64,000 bases of DNA from the NCBI GenBank assembly GCA_965216875.1, contig OZ244207.1, positions 832,001 through 896,000 of the forward strand. The letters run 5' to 3'. The notes beneath the pieces were generated by a model, which did not search any database, was not told the origin of the DNA, and worked only from the letters and a program-made list of their open reading frames with translations. A program made the position numbers and the translations under genes. The first letter of the stretch is position 1. Each line of letters starts with the position of its first letter. Origin of the DNA: Rubripirellula sp. (GTDB lineage: Bacteria; Planctomycetota; Planctomycetia; Pirellulales; Pirellulaceae). Positions 33,781-43,458 of this stretch are shown piece after piece.

Positions 33781-34161
33781 TTAGCGTGTGGTGGGAGCGT
33801 AGGGATTGTCGCCGGCAGAGGCGACCGCTTCAAAGCTGGATGCGTCTTCAGGTGTGCGACGTGCAAAGACGGCGGCAATCACCAAGCCAAGACCGACGCA
33901 GTGAAGGAGCGATCTGAGAATATAGACGATGCCGTTCGCGAAAACGATGGTTTCGGTCTCGAAGCTCCGAGCGATGAGGAAGTTGACGAGATAGCCGCCA
34001 ACCTGAAGGACCAAGAGGATCAGCAAGCCAAGTGTGGCGAGATTCGCTGCAGCGGGGCACGTCGATCGTTTGACTAACACAAACGCCAAAGCGGCTACCA
34101 GGAACAGTCCACTTACGATGGTCGGAATGAAATAGAGCAGGGTGACGGTTGCGGATCCCAT
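33781..34161 (-). CDS. Small 3-TM membrane protein with C-terminal DNPYAP motif
   Basis: Three hydrophobic helices; fills the gap in a co-oriented run. Confidence 0.75.
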   Translation of the reverse strand: MGSATVTLLYFIPTIVSGLFLVAALAFVLVKRSTCPAAANLATLGLLILLVLQVGGYLVNFLIARSFETETIVFANGIVYILRSLLHCVGLGLVIAAVFARRTPEDASSFEAVASAGDNPYAPTTR

Positions 34162-34166
34162 AGTGC

Positions 34167-34931
34167 CTATCGCGAATTGAACGTGCTTTGGATCAGCACG
34201 TAGAGTTTGCCTTCGTTGTCCGTTGGATCCACATCATACATTCGCAAGAAGAGACGCCCCGATTTTTTTGCAATGAAATCGTCGCCATCTTCGACCAAAA
34301 AGGGGCGTGCTTCCTTCAATTCGCTCGGAGAATTCACCACCACACCAATGAGTGAGCCCAATTTGATTCGGCCGTCGTTGATACGCTTCTCTTGCGGGAT
34401 TTCGATTCCTTTGGGGCCGGTTTCGTAGACGACTTTCCAGCTTCCTTTGACTTCGATGTGGACAGGCATCCCTTCGCGAAGCACCGCGCCACTGTCTTGC
34501 CACTCGCCGGTCGCTTTGACATCGGTGATCTTTTTGTCTTGGAGCGATTGGCTGTTAAGAACTCGCTTAAGCCCAGCTTCGGCCGGTTGGTATTTGGGAA
34601 TCAAACGAACGAGAGATTCGTAGGCTTCACGAGCTTGGGCAAATTGCTTTTTACGTTCAAATTCGCTGGCCAACTTTTCCGTTTTGGCGATGAACTCTTT
34701 TTGAAGGGCAAGGACTTGTGGGTCGGCCGCGAGTTCCGGTTGATTCTCAGCGGCCTCTTTCAGTTGCTGTTGGATACGCTGTTGCATCTGGCGGACGGCG
34801 CGCGGATTGGGGCGTTGCGACCAGGCAACCGCACTGAAGTGAATTGCAATCAGCGCAACGAGAAGCGGGCGGGCCAGGGCGAGAAGCGGGCGGGCCAGGG
34901 GCAGGCAAGAGAACAAGGCAGGGCTTCGCAT
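34167..34931 (-). CDS. Exported protein: helical/TPR-like N-part plus LecA/PA-IL-like C-terminal domain
   Basis: Signal peptide; WQDSG...VHIEVKGSW...LGSLIG...SGRLFLRMYD...DNEG pattern. Confidence 0.7.
   Translation of the reverse strand: MRSPALFSCLPLARPLLALARPLLVALIAIHFSAVAWSQRPNPRAVRQMQQRIQQQLKEAAENQPELAADPQVLALQKEFIAKTEKLASEFERKKQFAQAREAYESLVRLIPKYQPAEAGLKRVLNSQSLQDKKITDVKATGEWQDSGAVLREGMPVHIEVKGSWKVVYETGPKGIEIPQEKRINDGRIKLGSLIGVVVNSPSELKEARPFLVEDGDDFIAKKSGRLFLRMYDVDPTDNEGKLYVLIQSTFNSR
34859..34900. repeat. Perfect 21-bp tandem duplication in signal-peptide coding region
   Basis: cgagaagcgggcgggccaggg occurs twice and encodes LARPLL twice on the minus strand. Confidence 0.9.
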
Positions 34932-35020
34932 AGGGGACTCCGAGTACCGGAACGAGCTCGTGGGGAACATGGGCTCGTGGGAAACATTCATTTTAGCCAG
35001 GCCGCGCCAGAATGGCCGAA

Positions 35021-36283
35021 TCAGGGAGACAAGCGGGCAATTTCCAGGCAAAGGATGTTCTGATTGTCCCGAATCAACGCTTTACCACCGGCGATTGCGA
35101 CCGCCTGACGCGTTTTCCCAAACATACGTTTGCGACCAAGTTCGACGAAGGCTTTGGGGGTGGCTTTGACAAGCACCAACTCTCCCTTCATCGTCGTGAT
35201 CCACAACTTGCCTGCGGCGGCAACAAGATTGCCTTTTCCAAAGCGAGTCTTTTGCCAGGCGACTTGACCAGTCTTGGCGTCAACGCACGTCAAATGCGTG
35301 GTCGGGCCTGCACTTCCAACGTTGTCGAAACCATAAAGGTACCCATCAAGATAGACAGAAGTTTGCCATTCGTTGCGGAGCACACTCTTCACATCAATCG
35401 AAGCCCAGACTTCGCGGACTTGGTACTGATTGTTTTGCTTTGAAACGGAAAGCATCACGCACCCGTGATTCTCGCCAGCGGAGATGAAGATGTTCTCGCC
35501 TGCGTTAATCGGACTCGCCGTGTTGCAATCGTAAGGTGTCTTGAACGGATAGTCCCAAAGCACGTTGCCGCTGCCCGGTTCGATTCCCATCACCCCGTTG
35601 CCTGTGAAAGTGACGACCTGTGGTTGCCGGTCAACGCGAAGCAGTGCGGGTGACGCATATCCGGGAGCTCCCGTACCAGCCATCCAAGCCGATTTCCCGT
35701 TCGCTGAATTGACGGCGACGACGGAAGCCCGACCACCGGCGGTGACAATGACTTCGTTTCCGACCACAAGTGGAGAACTTGCCATGCCATAGTCGGCGAC
35801 ATTCCCACCAGAGAGACCAAGGATGTCGGTGGACCAAACGAGGTCTCCGTTTGAAACCTTCACGCAGACCAGGTTTCCGTCACCCGAGTAAGCGTAGACG
35901 TGCTGGCCTGAGACGGTTGGCGTGGCGCGTGGTCCGTCGCCTTGACCGTTCTCATATTTCGCGCCGATCGAAGTTTCCCAGAGTGTGCTACCGTCCTCGA
36001 TCGACAGTGCCACGAGCACCTGTTCGTTGGATGTGTTCCATGTCGTCAGCGCCTTGTCGCCCACAATGGCAAACGATGACATTCCCACCCCGCCAGGAAC
36101 CTGCCAAAGCACTTTGGGGCCACCGTCAGGCCATGACTCCAGCAACCCGCTCTCGTTGGAGATACCGTTGCGGTGTTGTCCCAAGAATTGCGGCCAGTCA
36201 TCAGCACGACTGGGAATCGCAATCACGATCGAGCAAAACAATCCGACAAGTGCGACCAGAGTATTTGGGCGGTGGTGAATCAC
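35021..36283 (-). CDS. PQQ-binding-like (BamB-like) beta-propeller protein
   Basis: Signal peptide then DWPQFLG..RNG; GPRATP, ASSP, GYASP. Start uncertain (ORF extends to 36400). Confidence 0.88.
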   Translation of the reverse strand: MIHHRPNTLVALVGLFCSIVIAIPSRADDWPQFLGQHRNGISNESGLLESWPDGGPKVLWQVPGGVGMSSFAIVGDKALTTWNTSNEQVLVALSIEDGSTLWETSIGAKYENGQGDGPRATPTVSGQHVYAYSGDGNLVCVKVSNGDLVWSTDILGLSGGNVADYGMASSPLVVGNEVIVTAGGRASVVAVNSANGKSAWMAGTGAPGYASPALLRVDRQPQVVTFTGNGVMGIEPGSGNVLWDYPFKTPYDCNTASPINAGENIFISAGENHGCVMLSVSKQNNQYQVREVWASIDVKSVLRNEWQTSVYLDGYLYGFDNVGSAGPTTHLTCVDAKTGQVAWQKTRFGKGNLVAAAGKLWITTMKGELVLVKATPKAFVELGRKRMFGKTRQAVAIAGGKALIRDNQNILCLEIARLSP

Positions 36284-36428
36284 GGTGCGCTTTCGAAAAC
36301 GTGTGAGAGGTTTCGTCTGGTGTCTCGGTACGAGACTAAGATAACGCAATCGCCGCCCGCGTGACGCTTCGATCAAGCTTCTCGATTGTCGCCGAAGCAC
36401 CTACAATGGATTCTTCGAACGGGCGATC

Positions 36429-37238
36429 GTGGTTTCACGAAGGTTTACAGGTGATCAATTGAACTGGAAAAACGTTTCTCTTTGCCTCGGCTTCGCAGGA
36501 GCGATCGGGTTTGTCGTCGGTTGCGACCAATCGAGCGCACCCGATTTGGCGGGCACGACGGTGGTGTCCGAATCAGACGACAGCACCAACGCCGATGCAG
36601 ACTTGACGGTCCAGGAGAGTAAAACGCAGAGTGATGAGGGTGATTCCAAGGACCGGCAATCCAACGATTTGGCATCTAAGGATTTGGAACCCACGTCATC
36701 GGAGGGCAGCACAAGCGAAACGAGTGAAAATGCAGCTAGTGACGGATCGAGCACAAAAGGGAAAGCGAAAATGAGCGGCGATCAAGAGGCGGCCAAGCCG
36801 CAAGCGATCCAGCAAGGCACTGCTTCGGCCGATGACGGCGAACTGAAATACAACGATCTCGATGCGAATGAGGCGTACGTGATCCTCCGCAAGGGGACCG
36901 AGCCGCCAGGCCCGGGTGGCTACACACTAACGAAGGATCCCGGCACCTACATCTGTCGCCAATGCAACGCTGTTCTCTATCGCGCCGAGGACAAGTTCGA
37001 AAGCCATTGTGGGTGGCCAAGTTTCGATGACGAGGTCGAGGGAGCGGTCGCCCGCCACGTCGATGCCGATGGGCACCGAACCGAAATCGTCTGTGCGAAC
37101 TGTGGTGGCCATCTTGGCCACGTCTTTTTGGGTGAAGGTTTTACCAAGAAGAACACGCGGCACTGCGTGAATTCCATCTCGATGAAATTCATCAAGCAAG
37201 GCGACCCGATTCCCGACAAAATCGTGCTCGAGAAATAG
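36429..37238 (+). CDS. msrB: Methionine-R-sulfoxide reductase with lipoprotein signal and long low-complexity linker
   Basis: VVGC lipobox; KGTE, CRQC, HCGWPSF, RTEIVCANCGGHLGHVF, RHCVNS. Confidence 0.93.
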   Translation: MVSRRFTGDQLNWKNVSLCLGFAGAIGFVVGCDQSSAPDLAGTTVVSESDDSTNADADLTVQESKTQSDEGDSKDRQSNDLASKDLEPTSSEGSTSETSENAASDGSSTKGKAKMSGDQEAAKPQAIQQGTASADDGELKYNDLDANEAYVILRKGTEPPGPGGYTLTKDPGTYICRQCNAVLYRAEDKFESHCGWPSFDDEVEGAVARHVDADGHRTEIVCANCGGHLGHVFLGEGFTKKNTRHCVNSISMKFIKQGDPIPDKIVLEK

Positions 37239-37294
37239 GCCAAGAGAACTGCCACGGTTGCGTGCGGTGCTCTGCCATGCTGTTTTGAGAAAAC

Positions 37295-37402
37295 CGCGTG
37301 CTATCGCTCAGCGGCTCACGTGTTGAAGATGCCGTTCGTAGTACCGAGCTTTAGCCGGAATCTTTAAACCCTCAGCCGCAATCGCGCTAGCGTACGGCTC
37401 AC
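37295..37402. repeat. Degenerate REP-like cluster
   Basis: Two CGGCTCAC ends (about 37312-37319 and 37395-37402) plus gtagtaccgagctttagccgg, between convergent msrB and pcp. Confidence 0.6.
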
Positions 37403-37421
37403 ACGTTGGTCGCGGGTGGCT

Positions 37422-38012
37422 TCAAACGGTTGACTTGACCGCAGCAAGTTGGTCGACGACCAATGCGATTGCGGCAGCCGCCATCGGTGTGCTCATGCTG
37501 GCCAGGCGTCCGCTGTCTCGCGCCGCTTGTGCGGGTGCCAAGGGAATGTGGACAAACGTGCTGCGTGTGCGCAATCCGAACGATTGAGCGTAGTGCTGGC
37601 TGAGATAGAGCGCGGCATTGCAAAGATAGGTGCCAGCGTGGTGCGAGACTTCTGCAGGGATGCCCGCGCTTGCCAGTGAACGGTAGCAGCGTTCGAGCGG
37701 AAGCGCTGTTCGATAGGCGTCCGGTGCGTCTTCGATGAGCGGCGATCCATCACTGCGCACGTTGAGTCCGACCGATTCGAGTTTGATCAACGTCGAACCG
37801 GGCGCTTGGCCAAGGTGAATCGCGAGGTCGTATTCTCCTTGCAGGTCTTTGCGAAGACGCTCGCTCATACCTGTCAGGTCGACTGGGTATCGTCGCGTCG
37901 TTAACTCGCACGCACCGTCGTACCAGTGCGTCAAATCAGCCAGTGCAAGCCAGCTGGAATTGTCCGGCCAGCGATCGTAGGGATCGAATGCAGTGAGGAG
38001 AACTCGCGTCAC
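37422..38012 (-). CDS. pcp: Pyroglutamyl-peptidase I
   Basis: VLLTAFDPY..NSS, IHLGQA, LESVGLN, SHHAGTYLCN, FVHIP. Confidence 0.92.
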   Translation of the reverse strand: MTRVLLTAFDPYDRWPDNSSWLALADLTHWYDGACELTTRRYPVDLTGMSERLRKDLQGEYDLAIHLGQAPGSTLIKLESVGLNVRSDGSPLIEDAPDAYRTALPLERCYRSLASAGIPAEVSHHAGTYLCNAALYLSQHYAQSFGLRTRSTFVHIPLAPAQAARDSGRLASMSTPMAAAAIALVVDQLAAVKSTV

Positions 38013-38132
38013 AGATGTGGTTTCCGAAAGCCTGTTACGGTGAAGTCTGTCGCACAGATATCGCGTTCAATGATACTTCGTTGGCGGGGCGTCGGTGTGT
38101 GAGAAACTGTACGCTTTCCCGCGGCAACCTGC

Positions 38133-38528
38133 TCAATACCATTTGTTCCAGGCAACGATGATTGCGCCGGTGGCAACGATTGCGGCGGCCGTGTAGGCGA
38201 ATGTGAAGAAGAAAAACGCGATGTATCGCTCGCGCGGCGTGCGTCGACGATGGCGAACGAGTGATTGAGAGAGTGTTGCTTGGGGGCAAATCTCATCGCC
38301 CCCGCCAACCACCGGCGACGCTTCGTTGCGACGACTCGCGTTGCCACGACCTTCGTTGTCGGGGCTTTCGTTGTCGGGTGGATTGGGAGTCTTCATCACT
38401 ACGCCCGTCTGCTGAAGGTTCTTCCTCGCAGTTGCGCTGTCGGGAATCTGGCGAGCAGGCACCGTGGTCGGGTTCGGCTCGGACGGTTGCCGCCAAGCAT
38501 CGTTGGCAGGGGCGTTCGCTGTGCTCAC
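38133..38528 (-). CDS. Small hypothetical protein with C-terminal TM helix
   Basis: RRRTPRERYIAFFFFTFAYTAAAIVATGAIIVAW; start may be 38396. Confidence 0.55.
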   Translation of the reverse strand: MSTANAPANDAWRQPSEPNPTTVPARQIPDSATARKNLQQTGVVMKTPNPPDNESPDNEGRGNASRRNEASPVVGGGDEICPQATLSQSLVRHRRRTPRERYIAFFFFTFAYTAAAIVATGAIIVAWNKWY

Positions 38529-38677
38529 GGTCCGGTTTCTGGCTGGGGAAGGAATGAGGCCTGATGCCTAGTCCAATTCGCGTTTCCCCACTGCTCAACA
38601 GTACAGGCGTCGAATGCCTTCAGAATCCGCACTCACAGACGACAAAAGTGACGGCTGGGCCGGATTTGAGGCTCGCG

Positions 38678-38755
38678 GTAGGTCATGCTCCGCATGTCGG
38701 GCGTTCGCATTGCGTGCACGAGGGGGTAAGGCCCGACGCAAGCGCGTTCGGCTCA
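38678..38755. repeat. Adjacent single arms of two REP families (GTAGGTCATGC and CGGCTCA)
   Basis: gtaggtcatgctccgcatg matches 58850; ggcccgacgcaagcgcgttcggctca matches 24647 and 58959. Confidence 0.8.
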
Positions 38756-38766
38756 GAATTGCGCCC

Positions 38767-38876
38767 CTTAACACTCTCCCTTGGGAGAGTCGGGCTCTAA
38801 GGCCCGGAGGGTTTGTTTCAAGAGAGTCATTCCCTCCCCGGACTTTGCGTCCGACCCTCCCGCAAGCGGGAGGGTG
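38767..38876. repeat. About 110-bp CCCTCCC/GGGAGGG repeat, copy 2 (inverted)
   Basis: Reverse complement aligns by eye along its whole length with 28113-28224. Confidence 0.88.
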
Positions 38877-38910
38877 ATTGTTCGAGCGCACTGTTACCTG
38901 CCAAGCGAGC

Positions 38911-39783
38911 TTACATCGACGAGCCGTAGGGGCGTGAGCTGATTACCCCTTCGCTGGGGCTGCTTGCCGTGCCATAGAGGCGCCGCGGAATCCGTCCTGA
39001 GAGCGCGGCGTCACGGCCGGCCAATGCGGCATGCTTCATGGCGCGTGCCATGCGAATCGGGTCGCGGGCGTGCGCGATCGCGGTGTTAAGCAGGACGCCA
39101 TCGGCGCCAAGTTCAAACGCTTCAGCAACGTCGCTCGCCGTGCCAACACCTGCGTCGACGATGACCGGGTAATCGGGATCGTCTTCCTTGAGGTACTCGA
39201 GGATGATGCGCAGGTTGTTTGGATTGAGCAGACCCTGTCCGCTACCAATGGGACTTCCTGCTGGCATCACACTGGCCGCCCCCACTGCTTTCAGGCGACG
39301 CGCGGTGACGGGGCAATCGCTGGTGTAACAAAGGACTGAAAAACCATCTGCCGCAAGCGTCTCGCATGCCGAGACCGTTTCGGCTGGATCCGGTAGAAGT
39401 GTTTTGCTGTCGCCGAGCACTTCGAGTTTGACCCAGTCGGCACCTGGATTGCCCAGCGAACGCAGGATCTCACGCCCAAGTTTTGCGGCACGAATGGCAT
39501 CCGCGGCGGTGTAGCAGCCAGCGGTGTTGGGAAGCAGCGTGTAACGATCGAGATCGAGGAAATCGAGGATGTTTTGACCGGTGCGATCGTAAAGACGCTC
39601 ACGACGAACGGCGACGGTGACACAATCGGCGCCCGACGCGTCGAGCGAGTCACGCATCTGTTCCATCGTGTCATAGCGGCCTGTGCCCACAATCAACCGA
39701 CTGGCCAGCGTATGGCCACCCACGACAAGCGGATTGTCGCAGCTGGAGGAATCGGTTGTGGACTCGGTCACCGTCACGTGCAT
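38911..39783 (-). CDS. thiG: Thiazole synthase
   Basis: [48 protein letters not shown]. Confidence 0.97.
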   Translation of the reverse strand: MHVTVTESTTDSSSCDNPLVVGGHTLASRLIVGTGRYDTMEQMRDSLDASGADCVTVAVRRERLYDRTGQNILDFLDLDRYTLLPNTAGCYTAADAIRAAKLGREILRSLGNPGADWVKLEVLGDSKTLLPDPAETVSACETLAADGFSVLCYTSDCPVTARRLKAVGAASVMPAGSPIGSGQGLLNPNNLRIILEYLKEDDPDYPVIVDAGVGTASDVAEAFELGADGVLLNTAIAHARDPIRMARAMKHAALAGRDAALSGRIPRRLYGTASSPSEGVISSRPYGSSM

Positions 39784-39843
39784 TCACTTTGCAAAAAAGG
39801 TCAAACCACTCGTCAACGCACTCGAGTGATCCAGTTGGTTCAA

Positions 39844-40047
39844 TCAGCCGCCACCGACGAGGGTGACAACTTCAACATCGTCGCCGGGTCCAACCATATG
39901 CGACGTGTAGTCTTCCCGCGGTACGACTTCCGCGTTGACCTCGACCGCCAAATAGTTTGGCGGGACATCAACGGTGTCAAGCAACGTTTCGACCGTCATG
40001 GGCGATTCGATTTCGACCTTTTGGCCGTTGACCGTAATCTCGATCAT
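39844..40047 (-). CDS. thiS: Sulfur carrier protein ThiS
   Basis: MIEITVNG...AVEVN...VEVVTLVGGG with C-terminal GG; upstream of thiG. Confidence 0.95.
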   Translation of the reverse strand: MIEITVNGQKVEIESPMTVETLLDTVDVPPNYLAVEVNAEVVPREDYTSHMVGPGDDVEVVTLVGGG

Positions 40048-40133
40048 GTCAAACCAGTGATAGCGGACGCTCTCGATGGTCGAGCGTCCCAATAACGTCA
40101 GCCCGGCGATGCCGGGCTCGACAAACCGGGTGA

Positions 40134-41135
40134 TCAGTTGCCTTCGTCAAAGGCTTGGTCAAAGGCTCGCGTGCTTGGCGAGAAGTCAAGCTTCTTGGTG
40201 AATTCGCAAGCTTCTTTAGCACCAAAGGTACGTTCCATGCCGCTGTCTTCCCATTCGATCGACAGTGGTCCGTCGTAACCGATGTCGTTCAGGGCACGAA
40301 TGATCTCTTCAAAGTTCACACCACCGCGACCTGGGCTGCGGAAGTCCCAACCGCGTCGCGCGTCGCCAAAGTTCAAGTGACTGCAGTTGATGCCACTGCG
40401 TCCGTCCAAGGTGACGATCGCGTCTTTGACGTGAACGTGGTAAATGCGGTCGGCAAAGGTGCGAATGAACTGAACGGGATCAACGCCTTGCCAAATCAAG
40501 TGGCTAGGGTCGAAGTTGAAGCCAAACTCAGGGCGATGATCGAGAGCTTCCAGAGCGGCTTGTGCGGTGTAGATGTCAAACGCAATCTCGGTGGGGTGCA
40601 CTTCGAGTGCAAAGCGAACGCCACAGTCACCGAAGACATCGAGGATTGGATTGAAGCGATCCGCCAACAGCTTGAAGCCGTCGTCGATCATGCTCTGTGG
40701 GACCGGTGGGAACGAATAGAGCAGGTGCCAAATGCTGCTACCGGTGAAGCCGTTGACGACATCGACACCAAACTTCTGAGCAGCGCGAGCGGTGTTTTTG
40801 AGCTCTTCGATGGCTCGTTCGTTCACGCCCGCTGGGTCGCCATCGCCCCAAACGTAATCGGGAAGGATCGCCTGGTGACGTTGGTCGATGTTGTCCAAAA
40901 CAGCTTGGCCAACAAGGTGGGCCGAGATGGCGTGGCACTGCAGACCAGCTTCATCCAACAGGGCTCGTTTCTTTTCGCAGTAGTCGTCTTCGGCCAGAGC
41001 CTTGTCGACTTCAAAGTGGTCGCCCCAGCATGCGAGTTCGATCCCGTCGTAACCGAATTCGGCGGTCATGCGGGCCATTTCAGCAATTGGCAAGTCGGCC
41101 CACTGGCCAGTGAACAAAGTGACAGGTCGAGCCAT
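40134..41135 (-). CDS. Sugar phosphate isomerase/epimerase (AP_endonuc_2 TIM barrel), cytoplasmic
   Basis: [43 protein letters not shown]. Confidence 0.92.
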   Translation of the reverse strand: MARPVTLFTGQWADLPIAEMARMTAEFGYDGIELACWGDHFEVDKALAEDDYCEKKRALLDEAGLQCHAISAHLVGQAVLDNIDQRHQAILPDYVWGDGDPAGVNERAIEELKNTARAAQKFGVDVVNGFTGSSIWHLLYSFPPVPQSMIDDGFKLLADRFNPILDVFGDCGVRFALEVHPTEIAFDIYTAQAALEALDHRPEFGFNFDPSHLIWQGVDPVQFIRTFADRIYHVHVKDAIVTLDGRSGINCSHLNFGDARRGWDFRSPGRGGVNFEEIIRALNDIGYDGPLSIEWEDSGMERTFGAKEACEFTKKLDFSPSTRAFDQAFDEGN

Positions 41136-41339
41136 CGAGGTCTCCGGGCAGAACACAGTTGAGTCAAATGAATCGTTGAAGAGGTCGATAGTTTCGCATC
41201 GGCGTCAATTGCCTGCAAGCAGACGTGGCGTATTCGCACAGAAACCACCAGAAACGCGGTGTTGCGAATCCCCTAGCCGGAAAAGTTTGTGAGCGGGATG
41301 ACCCGAAAAAGTCTGTAAGCTCGCTGACACGCGGGCGGC

Positions 41340-41840
41340 TCAGAAGGCTTGCAGGGCAAAGGCGAGTTGCCGGGCTCGCCGCTTCACTTCCGCCTCGACC
41401 CGTTCCACCGCTCGTCGACGCTCGCTAAGCGATGCTGCTTCGTCGGCCTGTGACATCCGGAATTGGCGTTCGCTCGATTCCTGGACCGCAACTCGGGCGT
41501 TCAGTTGCGCCTCGCGCGAGTCGAGCTCGGACGACCATTGCTGCAGCTTAGGAACGAGATCCTCGCAGTGGTAGTGAAGCCAATCGGTTGGCTCCGCGGT
41601 CGTCTCGGTGGTCGATTCGGCCGATGTGGAGTCTTGGTTTGCGTCGACGGGGTGAGGATCGTCAACACGCTGGATCTCAATTTCGGCTGGCGGGATTTTG
41701 TCCTGAGACGGTTCTTTTTCCTCCGGCAGAGACGTCGCAGACTCTGTCGCTCGATCGCGCGTACGCTCGACCATGCCTGCCACATCGACATGCGGCACGC
41801 TAAAGCTCGGTGGATCGATGCGATGTGGCGTGGAAGACAT
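41340..41840 (-). CDS. Hypothetical protein with disordered N-terminus and coiled-coil C-terminus
   Basis: 166-aa ORF with LQQWSSELDSREAQLNAR coiled-coil-like segment. Confidence 0.7.
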   Translation of the reverse strand: MSSTPHRIDPPSFSVPHVDVAGMVERTRDRATESATSLPEEKEPSQDKIPPAEIEIQRVDDPHPVDANQDSTSAESTTETTAEPTDWLHYHCEDLVPKLQQWSSELDSREAQLNARVAVQESSERQFRMSQADEAASLSERRRAVERVEAEVKRRARQLAFALQAF

Positions 41841-42219
41841 GAATTTGTTGAAAAAGTTTCCCAGCGGCGTGCCGTTTGCTGACCAATGTCGCTCTGCAAG
41901 GTGATGCCGCTTTGAAACGCGATTGCATCTCTAACTCGCTCCCTGTGCCGTCAATCGTGATCAAGCGGATCAGTTGATGACGCCTCGGGAGTTGCGGTTC
42001 GGATGCGCTGCGTATCATTTGGTTCGTCGCGAGCCCCCCGCGCTCTGCATCAATGAATTCCCATTAGCTAAGATGTTTGGGATGAGGCACGGGTTAGGAG
42101 GCCTATGCGACTTGTCCAGCTCGCCGTTTGTCTCCCTGGCTGGGGGCCACCCCATACTGCAGAATCACTGTCGTCCTCAGCATCGACGCTGCCCTTCAGG
42201 AAGAGAAAGAAAAGAATCA

Positions 42220-43359
42220 ATGTCGACCCGACTTTCTAAATTTGTCGCCACCACGACTGTCGCCTCCTTTGCGAGCCTTTTCGCGTTTGTTGGCGTGATG
42301 CCCACGGCGGTTGCCGGGCCGCCCAAGCAAGCCGAAGTCGATCAAGCCGTCCAACGCGGCATCGAGTTTCTTCGCAGTCGCGGGCAAGCCGACAACGGTG
42401 CGTTCAGTCCCGAGACAGGTGCGGCCGTGACCGCGCTTTGCGTTCGCGCGATCCTCGAGCATCGACCGCAAGCAACCGCCGATCCGGTCGTCCAAAAAGC
42501 GCTCAAGTACATCGAGTCGATGATTCAACCGGATGGTGGGATCTATGCCCCCGGCTCTCGCTACCGCAACTACGAGACGTCCGTTTCGGTCGGAGCACTT
42601 CTGAAGGCGAATCAAGGGGGACGTTATGAAAGCGAGCTCAAACGGGCCGAAGCTTTCTTGAAAGATATCCAGTGGGACGAAGGCGAAGGGATCGAGTCAA
42701 CGGAAACCGCCTACGGAGGTGCCGGCTACGGCAAACACAAACGTCCCGACCTTTCCAACACGACCTTCTTGATCGATGCCTTGCATGAACTTGGCAACGA
42801 AGCCGACGACCCCGCGATCAAAAAGGCGTTGCAGTTCGTGGTGCGAACGCAGAACCTAAAAGGACAAGGCAACGACACCAAGCATGCCGAGATGATTGGT
42901 GATGGCGGCTTTTACTACACCCCCGCGGCGGGTGGCCAAAGCCAAGCGGGCGAAGACGCCAACGGCGGTTTGCGAAGTTACGGATCGATGACCTATGCCG
43001 GTCTCAAAAGCATGATCTACGCCGGTTTGACCGCAGATGACCCTCGCGTCGCGGCGGCAATGAAGTTCATTCGCAAGACGTACTCTTTGACCGACAACCC
43101 AGGCATGGGCCAATCGGGGTTGTACTACTACTACCACACCTTTGCGAAAGCGCTCGCGGCGGCCGAGGTCGAAGTGATTGACGATGCCGATGGCACGCCT
43201 CACGTTTGGCGAGATGATTTGACGCGAACGCTTCTCGATGCCCAGCAGTCGGATGGTTCGTGGGTCAATGGAAAAAGCGATCGCTGGCTGGAAGGTGACC
43301 GCCAATTGGTCACGGCCTATGCGTTGCTTTCTCTGGCCTACAGTCGCGCCGCCAACTGA
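42220..43359 (+). CDS. Exported prenyltransferase/squalene-oxidase-repeat (alpha/alpha barrel) protein
   Basis: Signal peptide; repeats QADNGAF, QPDGGI, DGGFYY and QQSDGSW; RPDLSNT, SYGSMTYAG, TAYALL. Confidence 0.88.
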   Translation: MSTRLSKFVATTTVASFASLFAFVGVMPTAVAGPPKQAEVDQAVQRGIEFLRSRGQADNGAFSPETGAAVTALCVRAILEHRPQATADPVVQKALKYIESMIQPDGGIYAPGSRYRNYETSVSVGALLKANQGGRYESELKRAEAFLKDIQWDEGEGIESTETAYGGAGYGKHKRPDLSNTTFLIDALHELGNEADDPAIKKALQFVVRTQNLKGQGNDTKHAEMIGDGGFYYTPAAGGQSQAGEDANGGLRSYGSMTYAGLKSMIYAGLTADDPRVAAAMKFIRKTYSLTDNPGMGQSGLYYYYHTFAKALAAAEVEVIDDADGTPHVWRDDLTRTLLDAQQSDGSWVNGKSDRWLEGDRQLVTAYALLSLAYSRAAN

Positions 43360-43458
43360 TCATCGATCTGGGGTAAACTGAGCGGCAGGGTTTTCTGCCG
43401 CTGATCGCCCACGTTTCAGCGGCGTTTGGTTCACCGCTGAAACGGTCAGGGTTGGTCG

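Noticed and set aside
38564..38891. Short ORFs on both strands between the 38528 gene and thiG
   Set aside because: They read through repeat elements; low-complexity Arg/Pro/Gly products.
40048..40133. TPP riboswitch before thiS
   Set aside because: The gap is short and the conserved TPP aptamer motifs are not visible.
40155..41162. 335-aa plus-strand ORF
   Set aside because: Antisense shadow of the well-supported TIM-barrel gene.
42220..43359. Squalene-hopene cyclase call
   Set aside because: Too short (single barrel), has a signal peptide and lacks DxDD.
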